Shown: piece by piece, positions 1 to 11,251 of the stretch
Position numbering within the stretch: position 1 is the first letter of the stretch
Layout: each line of letters begins with the position of its first letter
Notes under the pieces: model-generated
What the model was told of the DNA's origin: nothing
Databases searched by the model: none
Seen by the model: only the letters and a program-made list of their open reading frames with translations
Program-made: the position numbers and the translations under genes
Assembly: GCA_010909165.1 (NCBI GenBank)
Contig: MU008182.1
Coordinates: 744,001 to 808,000 of the forward strand
Direction of reading: 5' to 3'
Source of the DNA: Anthoceros angustus
Taxonomy: Eukaryota > Plantae > Anthocerotophyta
DNA length: 64,000 nt

Positions 1-1
1 C

Positions 2-3000
2 AAGGAGACGGGGGGGCCGGGGGAGCGGGATGGCGCCTACGTCACCCCGGACATGGTGAGCCCGCAGTACTACTACAGCGGGATTCTGCGGCTTTCGAGC
101 TTCAGGGCCGGGGGAACGCCCACCGGGGTCCAGTTTTTGCTGGAGTCGCCGAGGATGTCCAGCATTGCGCTGGACTCGCCCCGGGTGTCGCTGGCGTCGG
201 GGGAGTTCAGGCTGGCGGGGGGTTCTCCCCGGGTGTCTGCGGATGTGGGTGATACGGGGACGTTGAACGCGCTGCTGAATCGGTCGAGGCAGAGCCGGGG
301 GATGCTGTTGCAGGGGCCGGGGCCGGGGCCGGGGCAGGAGCAGGGGCAGGGGCAGGGGAGGAGCGGGAAGAGCCTGCAGCAGGGGCGGGGCCGAGAGTGG
401 CAGGACTGTGTACTCCGCGGAGCTGAGCTCGTCGCAGCGGCTGGCGGCCACCAACATTCTCGAGTGCCGGGACAGCCACAGCAAGCAGCACTGCATCTGC
501 TGCACCGACTGCGGGTCCCGGAAGCTCGCCAAGTGCCGGGACTGCGGCTCGCACAAGCTCTCCGTCTGCCCCATGTGCGACAACAGGATTCCCAGGTGCG
601 GGGAGTGCAGGTTCGGGAGGCCGCTCAGCTGCGGGGCGTGTGGTTCTACTAGGCTTGCCAGCTCGCTGCAGATCGAGGCGGGGAAGATCAATTGCGGGGT
701 GTGCGGGGCCGCTATGCTCGCCAGCTGCGACCGCTGCAGCACCAGGTTCAAGCGGACTACGTGCGGGCAGTGCGGGCGGGCTAGCACGGACGTTGAGTCG
801 CGGGAGGAGTTGGAGGAGTTTAGCGAATTCGGGCTGGATCAGTCCGGGGGGGAGATGGATTCTAGTGTTGAGTTTCTGGAGCTCACTGCTGGGGTGTTTG
901 AGATGAGGAGGAAGCCTCCCCATCCTCCTCCTCGCTCCCGCCTCCAGCAACCCAGGCTTCAGCAGCAGCAACAGCAGCGTCAGCCTGCTGGGTTGGTGAA
1001 TCCTCCTGCCAGTGACATGTCGGAAGAACCTGCTGCTGTTCCTGTCCCTGATCCTGAGATTGCTCCTTCCCCTACTCCTGCTGCTGCTGCTGTTGCTGCT
1101 GGAACTGTTTCCGGTGATGAAAATGCGAGCTCTACCTTTGCATCTCCTTCTGCCAGAAGTGGCATCCAGGAGGAGGTGGACATGGAGCTCGCCACCCCTG
1201 ATGGCAACCACTCCCGTGGTTTAGGAGGAGAAGGATTCGAGCTGGACGGGACGGAGGGCCAAGACTCCATGAGCAGCAACGAAGGGCAGATAATGGAGAA
1301 TGGGCAGGCAGAAGAGCTTCAGGAGGAGTTATCATCGTCTCCTGTGGAGGAGTCCACCCCCGAGGCTGACAGCTCGCTGGAGGTTGATGATGCGCCAGCG
1401 GCATCAGCCTCCGACCAGGGTCACCATACGCGGAACATCAGCTTTGGGATGTATGTCCCAGATGTGACCACCTCTTCTGCAGCAGCGCCAGCGGAGTCCG
1501 GGAGTAGCAGTGGCAGTGGGGGTAGCGGCGCCAACAAGCAGCAGCTTCTGAGTCAGGTTCTGTATGGAGACGTGTCCTTCTCATCCTTTCTGACGGGGCC
1601 TGGGATGGCGGATACGGCAACTTTGAGTGACAGCTTGGACGAGCTCACTCTGCAGGAGTTCAGCCAGCAGTTCGAAAATGTTGCCAAGACGTATGCAGAG
1701 GCTGCAGCCATGGCTGCTGCTCGAGATGCTTTTGGTTTCAGAGAGGAGAATGATGCGTCCCTCACCTTTCCTAGGTTGTTCGAGACGCAGGGGCAAGGAG
1801 GTGGTAGCACTCCTGAGGTGGGCCAGTGGCAGGTTCCCTTTCTGTCTCTCGAGTCGGATTCTGTGCCAGGATCGGCTGATCAGGCTGCTGGGAAGACGGC
1901 GAATGGGGCAGGTTATTTGGTGAATGATGTCTCTCAGCAGCAGTCTGTCATGTTTTCGGACAGGGCCCAGGCATCGGCGTTGCCTTCTGCATCCGGATCA
2001 GCCACTCAAGTGCCTGCTGGACCAGGTGGCTCCGTGCATGAGATTGAGGCAGGTGTTGACCAGGAGCAGCGTAGGTCTAAGATTATGGACCGGATGGAGG
2101 AGCGGTTCATCAAAGCACAGCTGCATACACACGGTTTCCTGCTGGATTCGTTGACGAAGGAGGAGTTTGCTGATCAGCTGCGGCTGCGGCATGCCGCCCT
2201 GCGAAGTAAGCTTGCAAATGGCAGTGCTGGGGCAGGCAGTGCTGGGGCAGGCGGTGCCATGGCAGGTGCTGGGGAGAAGATCACCCGAAATTTGCAGAGG
2301 AAGTCAGCCGAATTCTCCAGAACCTCAATCAAGGAGGTGGCTGGGTCCGAAATAGAGTCTGAGATTGAGGTGGTGGCTGACAGAAAGTGGAAGGGCAAGG
2401 GCAAGGAGTTCGAGGACTTGCTGTTCCCTAGTAAATACAAACAGCAGGGGCACGGGGCTGTAGTCGAGGACATGCCGTTCCCTAGTAAACATAAACAGCA
2501 GGGTGACGGGGTTGTGGGAAATGGCAAGGAGAAGGTAGTTATGCCTGACAGCATTCCTGCTAGCCTGCAGGAGAAGGTGTGGGCTACAGAGAGAGCTTTC
2601 AATAAGCGCAAGGAGGAAATCCAATCCATATGGGAAGAGGCTGAGAGAGAGCGAGATGAAGGACAATTCAACAGGGCAGCATTTATCGAATCCTGGAAAG
2701 CTAGCTCCTCCAAAATGCCTAGCAGTTACCCTCAGCCCATCAGCTTGTCCTCTCCCGGGGTAAGATATGCTAATGGTTCGGAGTCGGAGCCACACAGGTT
2801 GTCAACTCTAAAGGATGGGTCCAGGAAAGCAGGGCCAGGTGGTCCAGGCAAGCCACCAATGAGGGTTTCTTGGGGGTATGTCGTTAGGGAGCCGAGATCC
2901 AGGTCGTTTGAGGAAGCCAGACCACGGTATCTGGCTTTCGGGGAGGATGCAGGCCGAAGGCGTCGGTACAGCTTGGAGTCACAGGCAAATGTGGTGGTGA

Positions 3001-5603
3001 GAGACTCGGACTTGAAGTCATGCCTGAAGAAGTCCAGTGCCAGTGACCCAGCTGTCCACATGGGCTCCAAGGAACCCTGGTATCCTGCCCCTGGCAGGCC
3101 TGGGAGAGTGCCTCTTACCTTCCCTGGTGGAGTGTCCGCACCAGCTCCCCCTCCCTACAAGGGCGAGTCAGACCATCTTCCGGCTTCCAGGGAAATTCCT
3201 ATCCCTCCCAAGAACCGCAGAAAGTCCAGCGAGTCTTTCAAGTACGAGTCACTGGCAGCCTTCAGCATGGTCCAGGACTACGACTCAGATGCGTCATCAG
3301 TCACGGGCAGACCAGTGGCTGCTCCTGAACACCATAATGTGAACGGCATTCATCACAGGTTGAGGCATGCTCCTACTGTCATGCTTGACTGTGCAGGGCA
3401 GCTCGGCAGGTCCGCTTGCAGAGGAATGAGCTCGGTTGAGACCAGAGATCAGGTATTCGGTGGAGCTTCACATCATGGTTCTCATTCCCATTCCAGGTCT
3501 GAGGCTCGTGGAACACGGAAGTCAGGTTATGGAGTATCAGGAGAACACCGTGACGGTGGCTTCAGCAGAGGGAGGGAGAGCCCGGAGCATGTGTCTGTAC
3601 AGGACTTATGTGACGTCCTCATCACTGAGCACCCTGCTCCTTACCATGACAGGATTCCACCCGAGTTCCCCAGGCGTCGAAGCTCTGAAGACACGAAGAG
3701 GGGGAGTGTCTCCTCCACAGCAGCCTTCCCCGACAGAATCATGCAAGATGAAGGCTACGGCATGAGTCTGGGCTCAGAGACCGCACCCTTCTCCGGCAGA
3801 ATCTCTCCTGACCACCGAAGCTCCAGGAGCCACTCCTCGGAGTCAGAACCCACCACTCTGCGGAGGAGCCTGTCTTCTGGAAGGATGTCGGCCATGGGGG
3901 TGGAGTCATCAGCATCAGGGCTGAGGGCACTGGGAGCCCTGGGGGTAATGGAGGAGGAGATCGAACAGTTTCTGGGTGCCTCACCCATCCACAGCAAGAG
4001 CACCAGGAAGGCAGAAGTGCAGCGCAAGGTGAACCAAATCACAAGTCTTGCCCACCTGAAGAAGCAGCAGCAGCGTTCAGAAGACGGCACCAACAGCACC
4101 GATAAAGTTGAGCATCGGCGAGGGAAGTCTTCGGTCATTATGGACGATCTCCGCGTCCGAGAAGAGGAAGCCGCGGCCTCCATGGTGGAGTCCCGGAAAG
4201 CCGCCGCCCTCGCCGGCGCCACCGCCTACAATGAAGTGGGCAGCCCTTCATCCACCATCGAGGAAGAGGTGGAGAAATTCGTGATTGCAGGCATGGATGG
4301 AATGAGCTTCAAGTCCTCAAACGGCCATGGATCGGAGGGGATGGAAGAGGAGCCTCCAATCCCTCAACCTCAACTAACCAGAAACCGCACCAGCGCCAGC
4401 ACGGTGGACGGGCTCCCAGACTGGCTGGGCGCGGTGGGCTATGGGTCAGCATTCGGGTCCCCTCTCGATCCCGTCACTCCCTTTCGCAGCGATGTCTTCG
4501 GGGGAGGCGACAAGGCCGGGCCGGATCAGAGGAGAACGTTCCAGGGCACCATCACCTACGGGCTCCCCGCCTTCTACAGCTCGCAGAAGGAGAAGAATGG
4601 AGCCGGCAGGTCCTTCTCCGGGAGGTACACCGTCTCCTTCGTCGACCCCAGGAGCAGGGCCGCTGCTGCTGCAGCTCAGGAGGAACACCATCAGCAGCAG
4701 CATCAGCAACAGCGTCATCAGCACCACAGGAGATCGGCAGCAGCAGCAGGGAAAGGGAATGACTCGGAGGACGAAGGGGACTCCAGCTCCGATCTCTTCG
4801 AGATCGAGAGCCTGGCGGGCACGGATTCCGTCACCGGGGCCTCCCCCAGGCCCCAGGACAAGCACCGCCGACAGGGCGTGGACAGGGCGTGCGAAGTCAT
4901 CGACGTCTCCATGTTCGAGGAGTTCGCTGAAGCCAGTCCCATGTCGCTCACGGTGTCTCTCAACTCCATGGAATGCTTCAACGGCTCCGACATGAACCTG
5001 AGCATCAACTTCTCCGAGGACGAGACGGACGACATCCTGGTCTACCCGAGGGTGTCAGCACAGGGCTTGTCTTCTCACATGGAGGGGGACAGCAACAGCG
5101 AGGAGGAGGAGACGACGACGGAGCGGGAATCGGAGCGTGATTTCTACCGCTATTCCCGGGACCGGGACGACGCCTACCGCTGGTCCAGCTCCCTGAGCGG
5201 GAGCAGCGACATGAGTCATCTCCACCTCCACCCGGGTGCCGCCCGGCACGGTCGCCCCTCCCCGCAGCCGCAGACGCATAAGGACCTGGCCCAGCAGCTG
5301 CTCAAATCCGCCCACGACCGGCGGAAGGACTTCTACGGCGGGACGCTGGCGCGGCTGGGCATCCGCGACTCGGAGCTGCAGCGACCGCCCATGTCCGTGT
5401 CCCGGGACGCGGACGTCGGGGAGCTGCAACCGCCCGCCAACGGCATCAACGGCAACGGCATCCCCGACTCCGGCGCCCTTTACGAGGCCAGGAAGCACAT
5501 GCTCCGAGGCCGATCCCGCCAGGTGCACAACTGCCGGCCCGGCCCTGGCCCTGGTCCTGGCGCGGGGGCTCGCTCTCGCCGGCATCTCAATGCCCGACGC
5601 TGA
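2..5603 (+). CDS. Very large (>1860 aa, 5'-partial) near-intronless protein: 8xCxxC zinc-ribbon array, long S/E/Q-rich disordered region, and a PKS/BIG GRAIN-like DSSSDLFEIESL motif
   Basis: The ORF 408-5603 is open for 1731 codons. The frame of ORF 53-652 is open from position 2 (KETGGPGERDGAYVTPDMVSPQYYYSG...) and joins the long ORF if one G is removed from the G-run at 382-385. CxxC pairs CTDC, CRDC, CPMC, CGEC, CGAC, CGVC, CDRC and CGQC lie within 492-773. The motif is at 4758-4820. Confidence 0.75.
2412..2519 (+). repeat. In-frame 54-bp tandem duplication (EDLLFPSKYKQQGHGAVV / EDMPFPSKHKQQGDGVVG)
   Basis: Two 54-bp units that differ only by substitutions and keep the reading frame. Confidence 0.85.
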
Positions 5604-6202
5604 GCTCGTCTCCCCAACAGCAGCAGCAGCGTATCTCGTCCTTGCCTTTTCCTTTTTCATTTCTGTTCCTTTTGCTTTTGCTTTCGCTTTTGCTTTGCTT
5701 GCCTCCCTGCCTGCCTGCTGCTCGCATGCTGCTGCTGCTGGCTTCGGCAAGGCTGCTGCACTTTGTGTGGCTGCTGTAAATACAAGAGTCGTTTGTCTGT
5801 CCTGGTCCTGGCTTGCGGCAAGCACCATTTTATGCCGCCATAATTTTTGTAGCCCTAGGTAGGCATGTAGGCATGGCAGTAAGCTAAAGACGTGGGATTT
5901 CGGAATAAACCCACTCTATCTTTGTACCTATATTAGGAGCTCACCTACAGAAATAATTCTTTGCGTAGCGTGAAACCTAATTACCCTTCTACTTGAACAG
6001 CAGAAAGAAAGAGTGTACATGGGTCGAAAGGATTCTCTCTTGAACGGATTGGGATTAGCGTAGGTGATAGAAACTTAAACGAACGAGGTCATCTAAACAC
6101 GAACGCAATAACGTTCGGATGGCAGTCCATAAGTAAATGTTTTCTATTTCGCGGCGAGCGAGGGTGGCGGTGCCGAGGGAGAGACGTCAACGCCGACGCC
6201 TT

Positions 6203-6313
6203 CCCAACGGTCACACAGTAACGGCTACTTTGACGGCGCAGCCCCGCCGTCCGATCTCGCATCGGCCGTGCAGCGCGCGCCACCTCCGCCCTAGCGTCGT
6301 CAGCTGCCGTTGG
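6203..6313. promoter_or_regulatory. Cluster of three MSA (MYB3R-binding, AACGG core) elements upstream of the GRAS gene
   Basis: CCCAACGGTCA at 6203-6213 matches YCYAACGGYYA fully. AGTAACGGCTA is at 6217-6227, and CCAACGGC is on the minus strand at 6306-6313. Confidence 0.65.
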
Positions 6314-6427
6314 TGTGTCCCCGAGCCATGACAGCCCACCAAGTCTCGGCACCCGGCCAAGCGCTCCCCTGCAGGTGCTCGCTGGGCTGTGGAAGGTGAA
6401 GGCACGGCTTGTCCTGCCGCTCTCGCG

Positions 6428-9400
6428 ATGCCCGATGCCCACGCTGGTGCACGAGCTCGAGAGCCTCCTTGCTCGGATGCAGTGCGGCTGCCGCCGGAAA
6501 GGGAATGCCATGCTGTGCCGGGCAGGGCAGGGGAGCGCGTCCTCGCAGTCCGCCGTCTCTGCTGCTGCTGCTGTTTTCGTGGGTTGCCGGGGAATGAATG
6601 GTTGGCAATGCCGGCAACGAGAGACGCTGTGGTGATGCATGAGCGTCCTGCGCTGGTGTGTGCCAATCGGGGAGGCTGGGGGAGCTCGCCGGGAGGGGGA
6701 GGGATCGGGGCAGTCCCCGGGCGGCTCGGACTGAAGCAGAGCAGCTGGGAAGGGGAGCAGGAGCACGGATTCGCAGGGCTGGACGGGAGCCCGAGTCGGG
6801 GGAGGAGGATTTGCGAGAGATTCGACTCCGATTTGCAGAACCAGGACCCGCGGACTCCTCCTGGGTGGGGTGTGGGCGCAGGCTTCCACATGAGCTCGGC
6901 GGTGACAGACCGGGGGAGCTTCTCCGCGACCGCCCACCTGGGCCTGCCCAAGTTCAACCACGCGGAAATGGAGCAGCTGCTAAGCCGGTTCGGGAACGAG
7001 CAGTGTGGCCAGAGTCCGGCAGGGCCTCCTGCACCTCCGCATTTCGGCACCGCCATGGCCAGCAGCCTGCAACACAGTGGCACTGTCAACCACTTCACTC
7101 GGAGCGCAGTGGGGTATGCTGGAGCCAGTCTGCACATCCCGAGCTCTAGTGGGCTCCTGGATTGCTCCGCCGGCCTGCTCACCGACCCCCAGACGCCGCC
7201 CCGCTTCGCCACCCACCCGGACAGGATGAGCTCCTTCGTGCAAGACTCGCCGGGGCCCGCCTCCTCGCACTTCCTCAGCGCCAGCCCGCACTTCGTCTCC
7301 AGCCCCAAGAGGATGCAGAGCCCGTTTCTGGCCGATCCCGCAGGGTCGTCCCAGTTCCTCCGCAGCCCGAAGCGGGCCACTCCCTTCTCCAACGACGCGC
7401 AGAGTGCGCCCATGACCTTCGGCAGTGCAAGGAGGCTGAATCTCTTCGGTGACCCGGCGCCTTCCACTTCAGGCCATGGCCACGGTGCTTCCAGGATGAG
7501 CGCTCTGGCCAACACCGACTCCAGCCCATTTGTGGCCGAGCTGGAGAGGCTGGGGTCCTTCGGGAGCGATCCTGCCACGTCCTGCCACTTCGTCAGCGAC
7601 CTGGACCGCCTCACGTCCTTCATCAACGACACCCCCAGCTCCTCCGCATTTGTCTCCGACCTGGACAGGCTGGGTCCTTTGGTGGGCGACCTGCAGAGCT
7701 CCTCCCACTTCATGTCCGAGTCGGAAAGGCTGGGGAACCTCGTCACGGCTGCCAATCCGTTTGTGGGCGATTCGGAAAGCTTGAGCAGGTTTGTGAGCGA
7801 TCCGGAGAGCCTGAGCACGTTTGTGGGCGATCCCCAGGTGTCAGGAAGGTTCGAGTGCGATCCCGAGGGACTGAGCCATTTTGTGACTGACGGGCCCAGC
7901 TCCAGCGAGATGGTGAGCGACTCCGAGAGGTTCAGCTCTCTGACCTGCGATGCCAAACAGTCCTTCAGGGAGCAGCAGGAGGAGAAGCAAGGCAATGACA
8001 CCGCTCTGACAGATAGGAATGCCCGCCTGGTGAGCGGGGCTCAAGCCTGCTCCAGTCGCTTTGCGGGGGAAGTGCGAGGACCAAGCAGGAACAATGCCGT
8101 CTCCAGGGAGGAGGCCATTGGCCATGGCCATGCCCAGCTGAAGAGTGCAAGAAAGGAGTCTGCTGCTGCAGGAGAGGCGGCTTCGTGTGATGACCACGAG
8201 CCTGTGAGGAGCAGTGACAGGCACAGCGGCTCCAACTGCACTCTGGTGGCGGCATCCGACGAGCTCCAGGTTCTGGACTCGCTGGAGAGCAGCGGGGACG
8301 AGCAGGAAAGGGAAGGAGGTCCCGGGGTGGAGCTCATCGATCTGGTGCTGGCTTGCACGCAGGCGGTGTCCGGCAGCAACCTGAGCAGGGTGAATCCTCT
8401 TCTTGCTCGGCTGGGGAAGTTGGCGTCTCCGGAAGGAACCTCCATCCAGAGAGTGGCGGCCTACTTCACCGAGGGCCTGGCGTACCGGATTGCGGATACC
8501 TGGCCGCAAGTGTACCAGCCGATGCCGGCCAATCTGGAGCTTTGCGAAGACGATCTCCTGGCGGCCTACCACATCCTCAACCACGTCTGCCCCTACACTA
8601 AGTTCTCGCACTTCACGGCCAACGAGGCCATCCTGCAGGTGTTCGAGGGCAGGACAGAGTCCATGTCATCGACTTCGACATCCAGCAGGGGCTGCAGTGG
8701 CCTGCACTCTTCCAGAGCCTGGCGTCCTGCCCGGATGGCCCGCCGCATGTGAGGATCACGGGCATCGGGGAGTGCAAGGAGGAGCTCCAGGATACGGGAG
8801 ATAGGCTTTGGAATTCGCCCAAGACCTGCACCTGCCGTTCGAGTTCCATGCTGTGATCGATACCCTGGAGGAGGTCCGGCTGTGGATGCTGCATGTGAAG
8901 GAGAAGGAGGCGGTGGCGGTGAACTGCGAGCTGCTGCAGGAGAGGCGGCTTCGTGTGATGACCACGAGCCTGTGAGGAGCAGTGACAGGCACAGCGGCTC
9001 CAACTGCACTCTGGTGGCGGCATCCGACGAGCTCCAGGTTCTGGACTCGCTGGAGAGCAGCGGGGACGAGCAGGAAAGGGAAGGAGGTCCCGGGTGGAGC
9101 TCATCGATCTGGTGCTGGCTTGCACGCAGGCGGTGTCCGGCAACCTGAGCAGGGTGAATCCTCTTCTTGCTCGGCTGGGGAAGTTGGCGTCTCCGGAAGG
9201 AACCTCCATCCAGAGTGGCGGCCTACTTCACCGAGGGCCTGGCGTACCGGATTGCGGATACCTGGCCGCAAGTGTACCAGCCGATGCCGGCCAATCTGGA
9301 GCTTTGCGAAGACGATCTCCTGGCGGCCTACCACATCCTCAACCACGTCTGCCCCTACACTAAGTTCTCGCACTTCACGGCCAACGAGGCCATCCTGCAG

Positions 9401-10228
9401 GTGTTCGAGGGGCAGGACAGAGTCCATGTCATCGACTTCGACATCCAGCAGGGGCTGCAGTGGCCCGCACTCTTCCAGAGCCTGGCGTCCCGCCCGGATG
9501 GCCCGCCGCATGTGAGGATCACGGGCATCGGGGAGTGCAAGGAGGAGCTCCAGGATACGGGAGATAGGCTTGCGGAATTCGCCCAAGACCTGCACCTGCC
9601 GTTCGAGTTCCATGCTGTGATCGATACCCTGGAGGAGGTCCGGCTGTGGATGCTGCATGTGAAGGAGAAGGAGGCGGTGGCGGTGAACTGCGTGTCGCAG
9701 CTGCATCGTGCTTTGCACGATGAGTCTGGGGGGGCCATCCAGGATGTGCTGAGCGTGATTAAGAGCGCTAAACCTAAGGTGGTTGTGATGGTGGAGCAGG
9801 AGGCCAGCCACAACGGGCCCTTCGAGGCCCGGGTGCTGGAAGCTCTGCAGTACTACTCTGCTGTGTTTGATTCCATCGACTCCAGCCTGCCTCCGGAGAG
9901 CGAGGCCCGGCTCAAGCTGGAGCAGCTCTTTGCGCGGGAGATTAGGAATATTGTTGCTTGCGAGGGGCTGGACAGGACGGAGAGGCATGAGAAGATGGAG
10001 AGATGGCGGGACATCTTCGGCCGAGGAGGGTTTCAGCCTGTGCCCCTTGGCCACCGAGCTGCCAGTCAAGCAAAGCTGCTGCTCTACATGTTCACCAACC
10101 AAGGGTACCGGCTGGAGGAGGACAAGGGTGCTCTCATCCTCAGTTGGCTGGATCGGCCCCTCTATTCTGTCTCCGCCTGGAATGTTGTCCAAGAGCCGGC
10201 ACTGTCTGAACCAAAGAAGCATGAATGA
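6428..10228 (+). CDS. SCL28: GRAS transcription factor, DLT/SCL28 subfamily (intronless; interrupted in this assembly by a ~765-bp tandem duplication)
   Basis: [77 protein letters not shown] and LYSVSAW closely resemble Arabidopsis SCL28/rice DLT. Joining the 5' part of copy 1 to the 3' part of copy 2 gives one intact ORF. The start codon is uncertain (in-frame ATGs at 6428, 6608 and 6635). Confidence 0.88.
7529..7942 (+). repeat. Degenerate 30-bp (10-aa) coding repeat, about 14 units, F-V-x-D-x-E/D-R/S-L-x-x, in the GRAS N-terminal region
   Basis: [70 protein letters not shown]/.../[60 protein letters not shown]. Confidence 0.8.
8162..9692. repeat. Tandem duplication inside the GRAS CDS (8162-8928 and 8930-9692)
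   Basis: Near-identical copies of 767 and 763 bp that differ mostly by 1-3 bp indels in homopolymers or short repeats. Confidence 0.95.
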
Positions 10229-11191
10229 TGATCACTCACACCTTCCCTGCCATTGCTTCTTCCTACACCGATTTTGGACCCAGGCTTGTTACCTCGCTCG
10301 CTGTGTATATAGGTTTATCTGCATGCGTGGATGAGGTTTTTTTTGTCCAGCATCACACGATGCAGTCCACAGCTTGCCTTCACCATTTCAATGAAAGTAG
10401 CTGTGAACATCAACGTTCTTGCTTCTCTCCGCATTCACGCAATGGGGGTAGATCTCGGAGCTCCCAGAGCGCACAAAGCATGTGTATTTCATCTGTGTAA
10501 TCCAACTCCATCAGCAGCATCAAGATGTCAGACTGCCATTTCTCTGTGTGCTGACAACGTAAATCGAAAGGTTAAGATCGCTCCTCCGGACACTGTCATC
10601 GTTCATGTATTTTGCTAACCCTAGCAAAGTCATTCGGCAATGGTAGAGATGTCATAAGGCACATCATACCCTACCTTGATATCGTTCACTGCCGCTAAGC
10701 AAGCTGGATTCCCAAGGACATACCTATTCCAAGCACATTCCAAAGCCTCTCTAGAACATCTCTTGCACCGGCGACTTTGGCCTTGCAGGTTGCCCCTGTT
10801 TGATTTGAACTCTCTCCACTATCTCTGTTTTTCGCTTGAAGATCGCCCCTTGTTTCATTAGCACTCTCCTGGAGAGATTGCTCTCGCTGCTTGTACAACT
10901 AAGGTCCTATAATGAGGTCTCAGTGCAAGACGACCCACCAATTACAGACTACCATATTCTGAATCGTGGAAAGCCACAACACGCTTGCAAAGCAAAATAA
11001 AGTTGAGACCAACAGATAACGTTAGGCAACACTGTTGCCAGAGCGCTGAAGTGCATGACATGTTTGTCCACTGCCACATTGTGAGCACCTCCCATCCTTC
11101 ATAATTGACATCATTTTAAGGGTGGTCTCGCGCGGAAAAATTCTTGTAGGGCAACCCAGCACGCCCACCCCAGGCTTAACTACAAATTCCT

Positions 11192-11251
11192 ATCTCTGCT
11201 GCATGTTTGTGTGCACCTAAGACACTTCTGTGCACACAAATATGCAGAGAT
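11192..11251. other. Short hairpin (about 16-24 bp stem, 13-nt loop) between the GRAS and ferritin genes
   Basis: ATCTCTGCTGCATGTTTGTGTGCAC (11192-11216) pairs with GTGCACACAAATATGCAGAGAT (11230-11251), with one G:U pair and a 3-nt bulge. Confidence 0.6.

Noticed and set aside
6211-8001. 596-aa minus-strand ORF, plus the many other antisense or alternate-frame ORFs in the track
   Set aside because: These are shadows of GC-rich coding sequence or of repeats and carry no recognisable motifs.
8300-10228. miR171 target site in the GRAS gene
   Set aside because: I did not find the GATATTGGCGCGGCTCAATCA-like site, consistent with the DLT rather than the HAM subfamily.
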